A DNA stretch of 43,345 bases from an uncultured bacterium. Its GTDB lineage: Bacteria > Bacteroidota > Bacteroidia > Chitinophagales > Chitinophagaceae. The stretch spans positions 1 through 43,345 of the forward strand of contig CBIGXK010000001.1 in assembly GCA_966193805.1 (NCBI GenBank). The letters are read 5' to 3'. Positions 26,355 through 35,094 of this stretch are shown here, piece by piece. Each line of letters opens with the position of its first letter. Position 1 is the stretch's first letter. A program made the translations under genes and the position numbers. Below the pieces are notes generated by a model. It was not told where the DNA came from, ran no database searches, and saw only the letters and a program-made list of their open reading frames with translations.

Positions 26355-27548
26355 TTATTTCATCAGGTTCAGTACGCGCATCGTCAGTACTATCGGCTCT
26401 CCTTTTCTGTAAATCAATATCTTGACCCTTTCGCCGGGATTTTGCATGAGGTTCTTATACGTTTGGATGTTCTGCGTAAAGTTATTCTTAACGGCCATGA
26501 TGATGTCTTCTTCCTGGAAGCCTGCTTTCTCTGCGGGCGATCCCTCCATCACGTCGAGCACCTTTATTACGCCGTCCACATAATACATGCCGAGGCCCGT
26601 ATAGGAGTAATCGAACTGTTCCCTGAAATGGGAGTTGGGTGTGAGGTAGATTTCCTTTTTTTCGTAGTTGATGATGAGGTTGAACCTCCTGAGCAGGTCG
26701 TTGCCAATGAGGCCGCCGAGATAAGGATAGGAGGTGATGTTGTATTCATCATCGAAAATATAAGTGGGAACGTTCCTGAATTTGTAAGGACCCAGCCTTA
26801 CCCATCTGATGACGCCCTGTTTCATGAGCGCCTTTCCACCCAGCCCCTCCGCCTGCGAGGTGTACCAGTTTGTTTTGGAACGCAGCAGCGAACTGTCTTC
26901 GATAAAATCGGAGGAGAGCAGCAGGCACATGCCGGCACCCGTGTCGAAGTAAAACCTCGCGCCTACTTCAAATTCGTCTTTCACCACGGCAGAAGTTACG
27001 GGGATGCTCACCATCACCGGCCTCAACAGGAAACCGCCACGCGGGTACTTCACAGTGCCACGTGTATGCACGTAAATCTTCATGCTGTCGTAATTGATAC
27101 GCACGATGTACCGCGACAAAAAGCTGAATCCGACAATGCCGTCGATCTTTTCGCCATAAACGCTCGACAACACCGCATAGTCGTTGATGTGAAAATTGAG
27201 GCTGTCGACCGTTAACCCCGGTAAATTGAGTGAATGGTTGTAGGCAAACCTAACTTTCCTGATGCCGGCGATGCCCCTGATGGTGCGGTCGCTCTGTTGC
27301 GTTTTTACACCGAGGCTGACGACTGTACTCGAGTCGAGCGAGATGCCACCGCTGCCCGTATCCAGAATGAAATTGAGCGAATCGCTGTAATTGCTCACAG
27401 TTGCCTTCATGATGATAATGCCCCCTGTAAGCATCCGGAATGGAAACCCGGTGATGAACTGCGAAGGTGATGGGACGAATTCTTCCTGCGCCTTTGCGGC
27501 AACTGCACAGAAGACAAATACTATTGCCAGTATCCTTTTTAATGGCAT
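26355..27548 (-). CDS. Secreted aspartyl protease with two retropepsin-like domains and a C-terminal PDZ domain
   Basis: Signal peptide AVAAKAQ, two D-T-G motifs (FILDTGSGGISL and FYFDTGAGMCLL) and a PDZ-like C-terminus (MEGSPAEKAGFQEEDIIMAV). Confidence 0.65.
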   Translation of the reverse strand: MPLKRILAIVFVFCAVAAKAQEEFVPSPSQFITGFPFRMLTGGIIIMKATVSNYSDSLNFILDTGSGGISLDSSTVVSLGVKTQQSDRTIRGIAGIRKVRFAYNHSLNLPGLTVDSLNFHINDYAVLSSVYGEKIDGIVGFSFLSRYIVRINYDSMKIYVHTRGTVKYPRGGFLLRPVMVSIPVTSAVVKDEFEVGARFYFDTGAGMCLLLSSDFIEDSSLLRSKTNWYTSQAEGLGGKALMKQGVIRWVRLGPYKFRNVPTYIFDDEYNITSYPYLGGLIGNDLLRRFNLIINYEKKEIYLTPNSHFREQFDYSYTGLGMYYVDGVIKVLDVMEGSPAEKAGFQEEDIIMAVKNNFTQNIQTYKNLMQNPGERVKILIYRKGEPIVLTMRVLNLMK

Positions 27549-27622
27549 TCATCAAGTTTTGGCCCTCTTAAGTTAATTCATTTGCGCGATGTTATTTCAC
27601 CGCCGGTATAAATCGCCTTTAT

Positions 27623-27630
27623 TACTTTTG
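27623..27630 (+). promoter_or_regulatory. Candidate -7 promoter element TACTTTTG, 17 nt upstream of the radical SAM gene
   Basis: Exact TAnnTTTG match in the 99-nt divergent intergenic region. Confidence 0.35.
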
Positions 27631-27647
27631 CAGGGAATTTTTGAAGA

Positions 27648-28772
27648 ATGAAACTGGAGGAACTATATCAGCGTGCATTGGATCTCGAATTTCTTACGGA
27701 AGATGAAGGAATGTTCGTTTTCGGGCACGCCCCGCTCGCCGAGCTGATGTTTGTTGCAGACGAACTACGAAAAAAGCAGGTTCCGCACGGCAAGGTTACC
27801 TGGATCATCGATCGAAATGTCAATACGACCAACGTATGCATTGCGAACTGCAAATTCTGCAACTTTTACAGGGTGCCCGGCCATGCGGAGGCTTATATCA
27901 CCGATATTGACACGTACAAGAGAAAAATAGAGGAAACTTTCCGGTATGGGGGCGAACAATTGCTGCTGCAGGGCGGCCATCACCCTGAGTTGGGTCTTTC
28001 GTTTTACACCACCCTCTTCAGGGAGCTCAAAGAGCTTTACCCCACGTTGAAGCTGCATGCATTGGGCCCGCCGGAGGTGGCCCACATTACGAAACTTGAA
28101 AAGTCAACGCACGCGGAAGTGCTGGCCGCCCTGAAAGCCTCGGGGCTCGACTCACTCCCCGGCGCAGGCGCCGAAATCCTGACCGACCGCGTCCGCAGGC
28201 TCATTTCGAAGGGCAAATGCGGTTCCCAGGAGTGGCTGGACATCATGCATGAGGCTCATAAACAGGGCCTTACCACTTCCGCAACGATGATGTTCGGTCA
28301 TGTTGAAACGGTACGCGAGCGATTCGAGCATCTCGTTAAGCTTCGCGAAGTACAGGCGAAAAAACCGGCCGGTGCAAAAGGCTTCCTGGCATTCATCCCC
28401 TGGACCTTCCAGGACGTGGATACGCTGCTGGCGAGGATCCGTGGGGTTCATAACCTCACCACGCCCGAAGAATACATCCGCATGATAGCCATCAGCCGCA
28501 TTATGCTGCCCAATGTCAAAAACATCCAGGCATCGTGGCTCACCGTTGGAAAACAAACGGCGCAGCTTTGCCTGCAGGCCGGCGCCAACGACTTCGGCTC
28601 GATCATGATAGAAGAAAACGTGGTAAGCGCGGCGGGCGCACCCCACCGTTTCACCTACAAAAGCATCCAGGGAGCCATTCGCGAAGCAGGCTTCGAGCCA
28701 CAGCTCAGGAACCAGCAATATGAATTCCGCGAAATTCCCGAATTGATTGAGGAACAATTAATTGATTATTGA
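27648..28772 (+). CDS. Radical SAM enzyme of the MqnC/MqnE/CofH family (menaquinone biosynthesis via futalosine)
   Basis: CxxxCxxC cluster motif CIANCKFC preceded by DRNVNTTNVC. Length and C-terminal pattern fit the CofH/MqnC-type family. I cannot separate MqnC from MqnE by eye. Confidence 0.75.
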   Translation: MKLEELYQRALDLEFLTEDEGMFVFGHAPLAELMFVADELRKKQVPHGKVTWIIDRNVNTTNVCIANCKFCNFYRVPGHAEAYITDIDTYKRKIEETFRYGGEQLLLQGGHHPELGLSFYTTLFRELKELYPTLKLHALGPPEVAHITKLEKSTHAEVLAALKASGLDSLPGAGAEILTDRVRRLISKGKCGSQEWLDIMHEAHKQGLTTSATMMFGHVETVRERFEHLVKLREVQAKKPAGAKGFLAFIPWTFQDVDTLLARIRGVHNLTTPEEYIRMIAISRIMLPNVKNIQASWLTVGKQTAQLCLQAGANDFGSIMIEENVVSAAGAPHRFTYKSIQGAIREAGFEPQLRNQQYEFREIPELIEEQLIDY

Positions 28773-28857
28773 TAAAAAAATCATTTTGTAAGTGTTTTCC
28801 CTGCAATACAAAGCAGGCATTGGGAGTTATAGTCTGAGTAAATCCTATCGATAGACC

Positions 28858-31800
28858 ATGACTACCCCTTTCCGGAAACTTATCCGTATCGCGATCGTTC
28901 TCATCTCTCTCACCATTCTGTTTAACTTTTTCGGGTATTACCTGATCCGGTCGAAATCAGAAGAAAATGAGAAGATGTCCGTGATGGTCAACTTCGCTGC
29001 CCGGCAAAGAATGCTCAGCCAAACGATCGTCAAGGATGCCTTTATGATCCTTTCGATAAAGGGGAACGATAAGGGCCGCGAAAAAGTCAGGAACAACCTG
29101 AAAAACGACCTTGTCGAATTCAACAACAACAATAAATTCCTTAGAGGTGAAATTTCGTTTCCCAACATCGAACCTACGCCTAACAGCTTTGAGGTCAACA
29201 ACATACTTGCCAAGCTCGACACCTATGTAAAAAGCATGGTAGCCACGGGAAGAGAGATTGCCGGTGAAGATTCGGTGCTCCTCACCGTTAACCGCGACAT
29301 CTACATGCGTCAACTGATGTACAACGAATCGCGGTTCACTCCGCTGATGGAGGAACTCAACACAACGCTGGTGAGCACCATGGATGAGAAGGCCAAAGAA
29401 GCAAACACCATCAATACCACCAAGCTTGTTTCTCTTGTCATCGCGCTCGTTTTCCTGGCCATCCTGGTGCTCGAACCCCTGTTCAGGGAAAATTTTCGCA
29501 ACCTTAAGGATCTGCAGGATGCACGCAACAACCTGCTGACAGAACAAAAATATCTTTCTTCAATACTGAGTTCGCAAACCAACTACGTGGTGCGGATAGA
29601 CAGGCAGGGGACTATTACCTATGCCAATGCTGAGTTTCTGAAAATCGTTTCCCTCACCAGCGAACAACTGCAATACACGCCTTTTTATGATTTGTTGTAT
29701 CCGAAGGATGCGGTCAGGTGCACGCAAATTGCCGCCGAAAGCTGGAAGAACCCCGGCGTGCGGTATAAAATATTGATCCGGAAGCCCATCAACGACGGAA
29801 GGGATTATTTATGGACCGAATGGGAGTTTATCAGCCTGCAAAACGATCACGGCGAAGTGTCGGAGATCCAGGGCATCGGCATTAACGTAAGCGATAAGAT
29901 ACTTGCCGAGCAATCCAGGAAAGAAGCGGAAAATGCTTTGCTGGAAAGCGAAAAAAGATTCAGGCTGCTGGCCGAAAACTCGGACGACATTATTTCTGAA
30001 CATGAACCCGACGGAACCGTGAGATACATCACTCCCTCGGTTGAAAAGGTGCTGGGATATGTGAAGGAAGACATCATCGGCAGACAGTTCCTCGATTTTG
30101 TGCATGCCGACGACATCCGGAATTACGCAGCGAGGCAAAATCTCAAAACGCTTAAGGAAGCGGATGCGCTCACCCTTTCATACCGCATACAGAACAAGCA
30201 GGAAGAGTTCATTTGGCTGGAAACGATTGCCAAGCCGATGAAGCAGAACGGCGAGATCGTGAAGTTCATCTGTACATCCAGGAATATTACAGAACGTAAA
30301 AGAGTGGAAGCCGAGCGGGAACAGCTGCTCGCCGAAATGAAACAGTCCGAGCAATTGCTGAGAACCGTGATTAATTCTACACCCGATTGGATATACATCA
30401 AAGATCTTGGGCACCGTTACCTGCTGGTGAACCAGGCATTTGGCGACAGCATGCATCTGCCTCCGCAGGAGTTTGTTGGTAAAAACGATCTTGAGATCGG
30501 GTTCCCGGAGGAAATTGTAAAGGGCGACCCGCTAAAGGGCATACGGGGATTTTGGTCGGATGACCGTGAAGTGATCAACACCGGTAAATCGAAATTCATC
30601 ATGGAAGAACCGTCCATCATCGACGGCAAACCGCAGGTGATGAGTACGGTAAAGGTTCCACTGGTCGACTCAGAAGGATTTGTGTGGGGCGTGCTGGGAT
30701 TTGTGCACAACATTACCGAGCTCAAAAAAACTGAAGAAAACTTACGTAAAAAAGACCAGTTGCTGCAGGCCGTTGCGGAGGCCACCCATCAGCTCATCAT
30801 CAACAACAACCTCGAGGACGCGATCGGTGAGGCCATACAATTGCTGGGAATTAAGATGAACGTGAACATAGTCAACGTCTTTAAAAATTTTGTTGAACCG
30901 GCAAGCAAGAAAATTTACACCAATGAACTCGTGCATTGGGAAAGTTCGACCGGGGAACTGATATCGAATCATCCTGAAAGACAAAGCAAGTTGCTGTCAG
31001 ACGATTCTGAACTTGTTCAAACGTTGCGAAAGGAAGATATCTTCTGCGGAAATACCCACGATCTTACAGACGAAGTATTAAAGCGGGAGCTTATTGAATG
31101 GGATATAAAATCACTTTCCGCAATTCCTATCTTCACACTCAATCACTTTTGGGGATTCGTATGTTTTTGCGACTGTGAATCGGAACGCGAGTGGACCATC
31201 ACCGAATTTTCCATTTTGCAATCATTCGCTTCTACGCTTGCGGCGGCTATCGAACGAAAACAGATGGAGCAGGAACTGGTGCTTGCCAAAGACATCGCCG
31301 AAAAAGCCAGCACCACAAAAAGTGAGTTCATGGCCAACATGAGCCACGAATTAAGAACTCCGATGAACGGGATTATCGGGTTTACCGACCTGGTGCTGAC
31401 CACCGAGCTGCAGAAATCGCAACGCGACTACCTGAGCAACGTTAAAAAATCGGCCTACGGCCTGCTCGAAATCATCAACGACATCCTCGACTTCTCGAAG
31501 ATCGAGGCAGGAAAACTGTTCATTGACAACATCTCGTTGCGGCTCGATGAACTGGTAGAGGAAACCGTTGATATACTTACCGTGAAGGCATTCGAGAAAA
31601 ACCTCGAAATGATCTGCCACATAGACCCCAGCCTGCCTTCCCAATTTTCAGGCGACCCCGTAAGGATAAGGCAGGTGCTGGTGAACCTGCTCGGCAACGC
31701 CATCAAGTTCACACAACAGGGAGAAATACTCGTTTCGGTAATTCCGGCGGGCAGGATATACAACAAGTTCAATAAGCAGTATCTCGATATCGAGATCACC

Positions 31801-32868
31801 GTTAAGGATACGGGCATAGGCATCAGCAAGGAAAAACTGAGTAAAATATTTGAAAGCTTTACACAGGCCGATAGTTCAACAACACGGAAATTCGGCGGGA
31901 CCGGCCTGGGCCTCACAATCTCAAAAAGCCTTGCCGAGCTCATGAGCGGCAATCTTACGGTTAAAAGTGATCCCGGAAGAGGAAGTGCCTTCACCCTCCA
32001 CATGCCTCTCGAAGTCATTAATGTGCAGCCGCAAATATCCACAGAATACAAGCCGCCGCTGAGAAAGGTGCTGGTGATAGACGACAATGCCACCAACCGG
32101 AACCTTATGGAGGAGATACTGGGATACTTCAACATTGAATGTGAAGTGGCGTCGGGCGCCAGGGAGGCGTTCATGAAGATCCAAAGGATCGAATCCAACA
32201 ACGAGCCTCTCGACCTTATCATTATGGACCACCACATGCCCGAAATGGATGGCCTCACACTTTCGAAAGAAATCAGGAAAAGAACATTTGGCAATAACGG
32301 CGCGCACATCCTGATGCTTTCGTCGCTCGAAAAGAATATTTACACGCACGAAGCGGAAGAAGCGGGCATTTTTAAGATGATCACAAAGCCCGTGAAAATG
32401 TATGAGCTGTACAGCGTTCTGTGTTCAATGTTTGTGACCACAAAGCAGGTTGAAAAAACCGTTACTGCCACGCCCGAAATTAAAAAGATCGGCGATGCCA
32501 CCACGATCCTTGTTGTGGAAGATGATGCAATCAATATGATGCTGATCAACGAGGTGCTCACAAAAATGGGATTCAACGTCGTGAAGGCCGACAACGGAAA
32601 GCTTGCGCTTGAAATGTTGCCGCAAATCGACCCTGCGCTTATCTTCATGGATGTGAACATGCCCGAAATGGATGGCTACGCCACAACGAAACTGATCAGG
32701 AAGATGGGCGAACCCTGGAAGAGTATTCCCATCATTGCATTGACCGCCGATGCGATGATCGGTGATAAGGAACGATGCATAGCGGCCGGTATGGATGATT
32801 ACGTGTCGAAACCCTTCAGGCTTGAAGAAATAGAAGAGGTGTTGAAAAGAAAAGTGCTGATGGCCTAG
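28858..32868 (+). CDS. Hybrid sensor histidine kinase / double response-regulator receiver
   Basis: Two TM helices flank a periplasmic domain with a PilJ/NarX P-box-like motif (AARQRMLSQTIVK). Several PAS-like repeats and a GAF-like region follow. The H-box is MSHELRTPMNGIIGF and the ATPase G-boxes are DTGIGI and GGTGLGL. There are two receiver domains (DLIIMDHHMPEMDG and ALIFMDVNMPEMDG). No HPt domain was seen. Confidence 0.9.
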   Translation: MTTPFRKLIRIAIVLISLTILFNFFGYYLIRSKSEENEKMSVMVNFAARQRMLSQTIVKDAFMILSIKGNDKGREKVRNNLKNDLVEFNNNNKFLRGEISFPNIEPTPNSFEVNNILAKLDTYVKSMVATGREIAGEDSVLLTVNRDIYMRQLMYNESRFTPLMEELNTTLVSTMDEKAKEANTINTTKLVSLVIALVFLAILVLEPLFRENFRNLKDLQDARNNLLTEQKYLSSILSSQTNYVVRIDRQGTITYANAEFLKIVSLTSEQLQYTPFYDLLYPKDAVRCTQIAAESWKNPGVRYKILIRKPINDGRDYLWTEWEFISLQNDHGEVSEIQGIGINVSDKILAEQSRKEAENALLESEKRFRLLAENSDDIISEHEPDGTVRYITPSVEKVLGYVKEDIIGRQFLDFVHADDIRNYAARQNLKTLKEADALTLSYRIQNKQEEFIWLETIAKPMKQNGEIVKFICTSRNITERKRVEAEREQLLAEMKQSEQLLRTVINSTPDWIYIKDLGHRYLLVNQAFGDSMHLPPQEFVGKNDLEIGFPEEIVKGDPLKGIRGFWSDDREVINTGKSKFIMEEPSIIDGKPQVMSTVKVPLVDSEGFVWGVLGFVHNITELKKTEENLRKKDQLLQAVAEATHQLIINNNLEDAIGEAIQLLGIKMNVNIVNVFKNFVEPASKKIYTNELVHWESSTGELISNHPERQSKLLSDDSELVQTLRKEDIFCGNTHDLTDEVLKRELIEWDIKSLSAIPIFTLNHFWGFVCFCDCESEREWTITEFSILQSFASTLAAAIERKQMEQELVLAKDIAEKASTTKSEFMANMSHELRTPMNGIIGFTDLVLTTELQKSQRDYLSNVKKSAYGLLEIINDILDFSKIEAGKLFIDNISLRLDELVEETVDILTVKAFEKNLEMICHIDPSLPSQFSGDPVRIRQVLVNLLGNAIKFTQQGEILVSVIPAGRIYNKFNKQYLDIEITVKDTGIGISKEKLSKIFESFTQADSSTTRKFGGTGLGLTISKSLAELMSGNLTVKSDPGRGSAFTLHMPLEVINVQPQISTEYKPPLRKVLVIDDNATNRNLMEEILGYFNIECEVASGAREAFMKIQRIESNNEPLDLIIMDHHMPEMDGLTLSKEIRKRTFGNNGAHILMLSSLEKNIYTHEAEEAGIFKMITKPVKMYELYSVLCSMFVTTKQVEKTVTATPEIKKIGDATTILVVEDDAINMMLINEVLTKMGFNVVKADNGKLALEMLPQIDPALIFMDVNMPEMDGYATTKLIRKMGEPWKSIPIIALTADAMIGDKERCIAAGMDDYVSKPFRLEEIEEVLKRKVLMA

Positions 32869-33339
32869 TTATTTTCTCTTACCCGGCCGGGTTGTCATTT
32901 TTTCAATGATGTAAGGAAGGAGGGAATCGTATTTTGGGAGCTGTGAGTGCGTGCACATTTTGCGGACATCCCTGAAGTGCCTGATCACGTGCATATCCAG
33001 GTCTTTTTGCTGTTCTCCTATTACCGAGGCCTTTGCCTGCAGTACCGAATCGGTTACCGTGGAATCGTACATCTGGTAATAAAAGTCTTCTTTCGTTTTC
33101 TTGATTTCATCGAACCGCTCGCGAATCCCGTTGATGAATGCCTGTTTCTTTACATCATACACCGTCATTTGTTCGGGCGTAAAGCCCACTTCGGTCTTCA
33201 GTCTTTCCGTAAACCCTTTCCTCCTGGGTTCGGTTTCTTTGTTGCACATGGAAAGAAATAAAACCAGCATCACGATGTTTGTGATCAGAAGGACGGCAAT
33301 GATGGCAAGCGATATTTTATTTCTTGACATTTGGTTCAT
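32869..33339 (-). CDS. Membrane-anchored periplasmic protein, CpxP/Spy-like (LTxxQ-type motifs)
   Basis: N-terminal TM helix. FTPEQ and CTHSQ resemble LTxxQ motifs in a predicted helical protein. Its ATG overlaps the stop of the upstream gene by 1 nt. Confidence 0.45.
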   Translation of the reverse strand: MNQMSRNKISLAIIAVLLITNIVMLVLFLSMCNKETEPRRKGFTERLKTEVGFTPEQMTVYDVKKQAFINGIRERFDEIKKTKEDFYYQMYDSTVTDSVLQAKASVIGEQQKDLDMHVIRHFRDVRKMCTHSQLPKYDSLLPYIIEKMTTRPGKRK

Positions 33340-33668
33340 CAAGGCTGAGCGTTTTCAATATCGTAAAAAGTAGTGTAACTCAGATCTTCCGTAGAGCTGA
33401 TTTCACTAAGCTCGCCCTGGCTGCTTTGAGCCGATACCCCCTGTATGATCACGAACGCATTCAGAAGCAGCACCAATGAAACAGCGGCCGCGGCCACCGC
33501 GGGTCGGGTTACCAGCCTGCTGATCCTTTCCCACTCGCTTCTCTCGTTCTTTGTCATCCTGGCATGTAACCGGGTGTAAAAGAACGGCTTAGGTGTTGTC
33601 CGACGAATGTTGACGATGCTTTCCAAGGTCTCATCAATACGACGTTGTATATCTGAATTCTTGTTCAT
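33339..33668 (-). CDS. Candidate anti-sigma factor (small single-pass membrane protein)
   Basis: 109 aa with one central TM helix (AVAAAAVSLVLLLNAFVII). It lies 38 nt downstream of the ECF sigma gene. The assignment is by position only. Confidence 0.4.
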   Translation of the reverse strand: MNKNSDIQRRIDETLESIVNIRRTTPKPFFYTRLHARMTKNERSEWERISRLVTRPAVAAAAVSLVLLLNAFVIIQGVSAQSSQGELSEISSTEDLSYTTFYDIENAQP

Positions 33669-33706
33669 AACACTCTATTTGACGAGAATGGGAACGAAAA
33701 CTTGTG

Positions 33707-34291
33707 TCATTCCTCATTTTCAAGATAAATGGTTTCTAGCGTTTTGCGAAGATTTTTTCTGGCCCGGTGCAAAAGCGATTCAATGGAGGCCACCGACAGT
33801 TTCATTACATCACTGATTTCCTGGTAGCTGAGTCCCTCGATCCGGTTGAGCGTAAAGGCCACTTTTTGCTTGTTTGGCAATTGTTGGATCGCTCTAAACA
33901 AATACTTTGCCTTTTCTTTGTTATCCAGCGAAACTCCCGGGTGTGTGAAATCGGGAGGATCATGCAAAAGCTCATCATTGGCGCCAAAAAGGCTCTGGAC
34001 GAACGCAAATCTTTTTTTTCTTTTTTTCTTCCTCAAATGGTCCATGGCCTTCGAAATGGTGATCCGGTAAAGCCAGGTCGACAATTTTGATTCGCCTTTG
34101 AAGGAATGGATCGACTCATACAGTTGAACAAATACCTCCTGAGTCACGTCTTCGGCATCTTCGGCGTTTTGCACAATACCCAAAGCAGTGTTGTAAACCA
34201 GACCCTGCGAGGATTCTACGATTTCTTTAAAAGCCGAATCCTCGCCCTGCCTTAGACGTTCAATTAAGTTCCATTCATTCAAATGCGGCAA
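33707..34291 (-). CDS. ECF-type RNA polymerase sigma-70 family factor
   Basis: Region 2 reads AEDVTQEVFVQLY and region 4 reads LSYQEISDVMKLSVASIESLLHRARKNL. The only available start is TTG at 34291 (or at 34282). Confidence 0.85.
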   Translation of the reverse strand: MPHLNEWNLIERLRQGEDSAFKEIVESSQGLVYNTALGIVQNAEDAEDVTQEVFVQLYESIHSFKGESKLSTWLYRITISKAMDHLRKKKRKKRFAFVQSLFGANDELLHDPPDFTHPGVSLDNKEKAKYLFRAIQQLPNKQKVAFTLNRIEGLSYQEISDVMKLSVASIESLLHRARKNLRKTLETIYLENEE

Positions 34292-34390
34292 TTTGCAGGT
34301 GGCGATATTACGGAAAAAACGTATAAAAGGAGCCGCGGGCCGATGAGAAGAAAATCATTTATCTTGCAGTCCTTTTTTTAATCAGATTAC

Positions 34391-35050
34391 ATGGAATACG
34401 GAAAAATTATTGCAGTGACGGGTTTACCCGGTTTGTTTGAGTTGTTAAGTAGTAAGAACGATGGGGCAATAGTCAGGTCCCTCGAGGATAAGACCACAAA
34501 ATTCGTCTCATCCCGGGTACACAACTTTTCGCACCTCGAAAGCATAGAAGTGTTCACGGTACGTGATAACGTCAACCTCATCGATATTTTTCATGCCATG
34601 GAAAAGGAAGGCGGCCAGGTGCCAGATGGAAAAGATACCCCGGCCCTGAAAAAATACTTCGAAAAAGTATATCCCGACCTCGACTTTGAAAGGGTTTACA
34701 CCAGCGACCTGAAGAAAATGACCAAATGGTACGACGTTTTGAAGGCCAATAATGTCGAGATCAGGCTGACCGAACAGCCGCAGGAAGAAGAGGAAGAGGC
34801 GAACGCATCCGAAGCTGAAGAGCCGAAAGCACAAGAAGCTCCTGCTAACGAGGCGCCGGCGAAGAAAAAAGCCAAGGCGGCCGATGCCGCAGAAAAACAG
34901 GAAACCGCCGAAAAACCCAAAAAGGCGGCCGTAAAGAAAAAGGCCGAACCCAAAAAAGAAGAGACTAAAAAAGAGCCGGCCGCGAAAAAATCAGAAACGG
35001 AGAAAGCCAGCAAGGCTCCGGCGAAAAAGTCTGCTCCGAAGAAGAAATAG
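34391..35050 (+). CDS. DUF5606-like protein with a long acidic-then-Lys/Ala/Pro-rich (histone H1-like) C-terminal tail
   Basis: The N-terminal roughly 125 aa form a globular domain (IIAVTGLPGLFELL...). Residues from about 128 to 219 are low complexity: EEEEE first, then AKKKAKAA..KKKAEPKKEETKK..APKKK. Confidence 0.6.
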   Translation: MEYGKIIAVTGLPGLFELLSSKNDGAIVRSLEDKTTKFVSSRVHNFSHLESIEVFTVRDNVNLIDIFHAMEKEGGQVPDGKDTPALKKYFEKVYPDLDFERVYTSDLKKMTKWYDVLKANNVEIRLTEQPQEEEEEANASEAEEPKAQEAPANEAPAKKKAKAADAAEKQETAEKPKKAAVKKKAEPKKEETKKEPAAKKSETEKASKAPAKKSAPKKK

Positions 35051-35094
35051 GCTCTTTTCGTAAACTTGTTTGTGGAAGGATTAAATTAAGAAAG

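Noticed and set aside
28845-28854. A perfect 10-bp palindrome, CTATCGATAG, 3 nt upstream of the hybrid kinase ATG.
   Set aside because: Palindromes with 5-bp half-sites are expected dozens of times by chance in 43 kb. There is no second copy and no adjacent regulator to support a function.
34800-35050. Repetitive-looking A/G-rich DNA (aaaaaagcc..., aagaaaaag...) that could be mistaken for a tandem repeat or CRISPR-like array.
   Set aside because: It is in frame within the DUF5606-like CDS and encodes the Lys/Ala-rich tail. The units are not exact repeats and there are no spacers.
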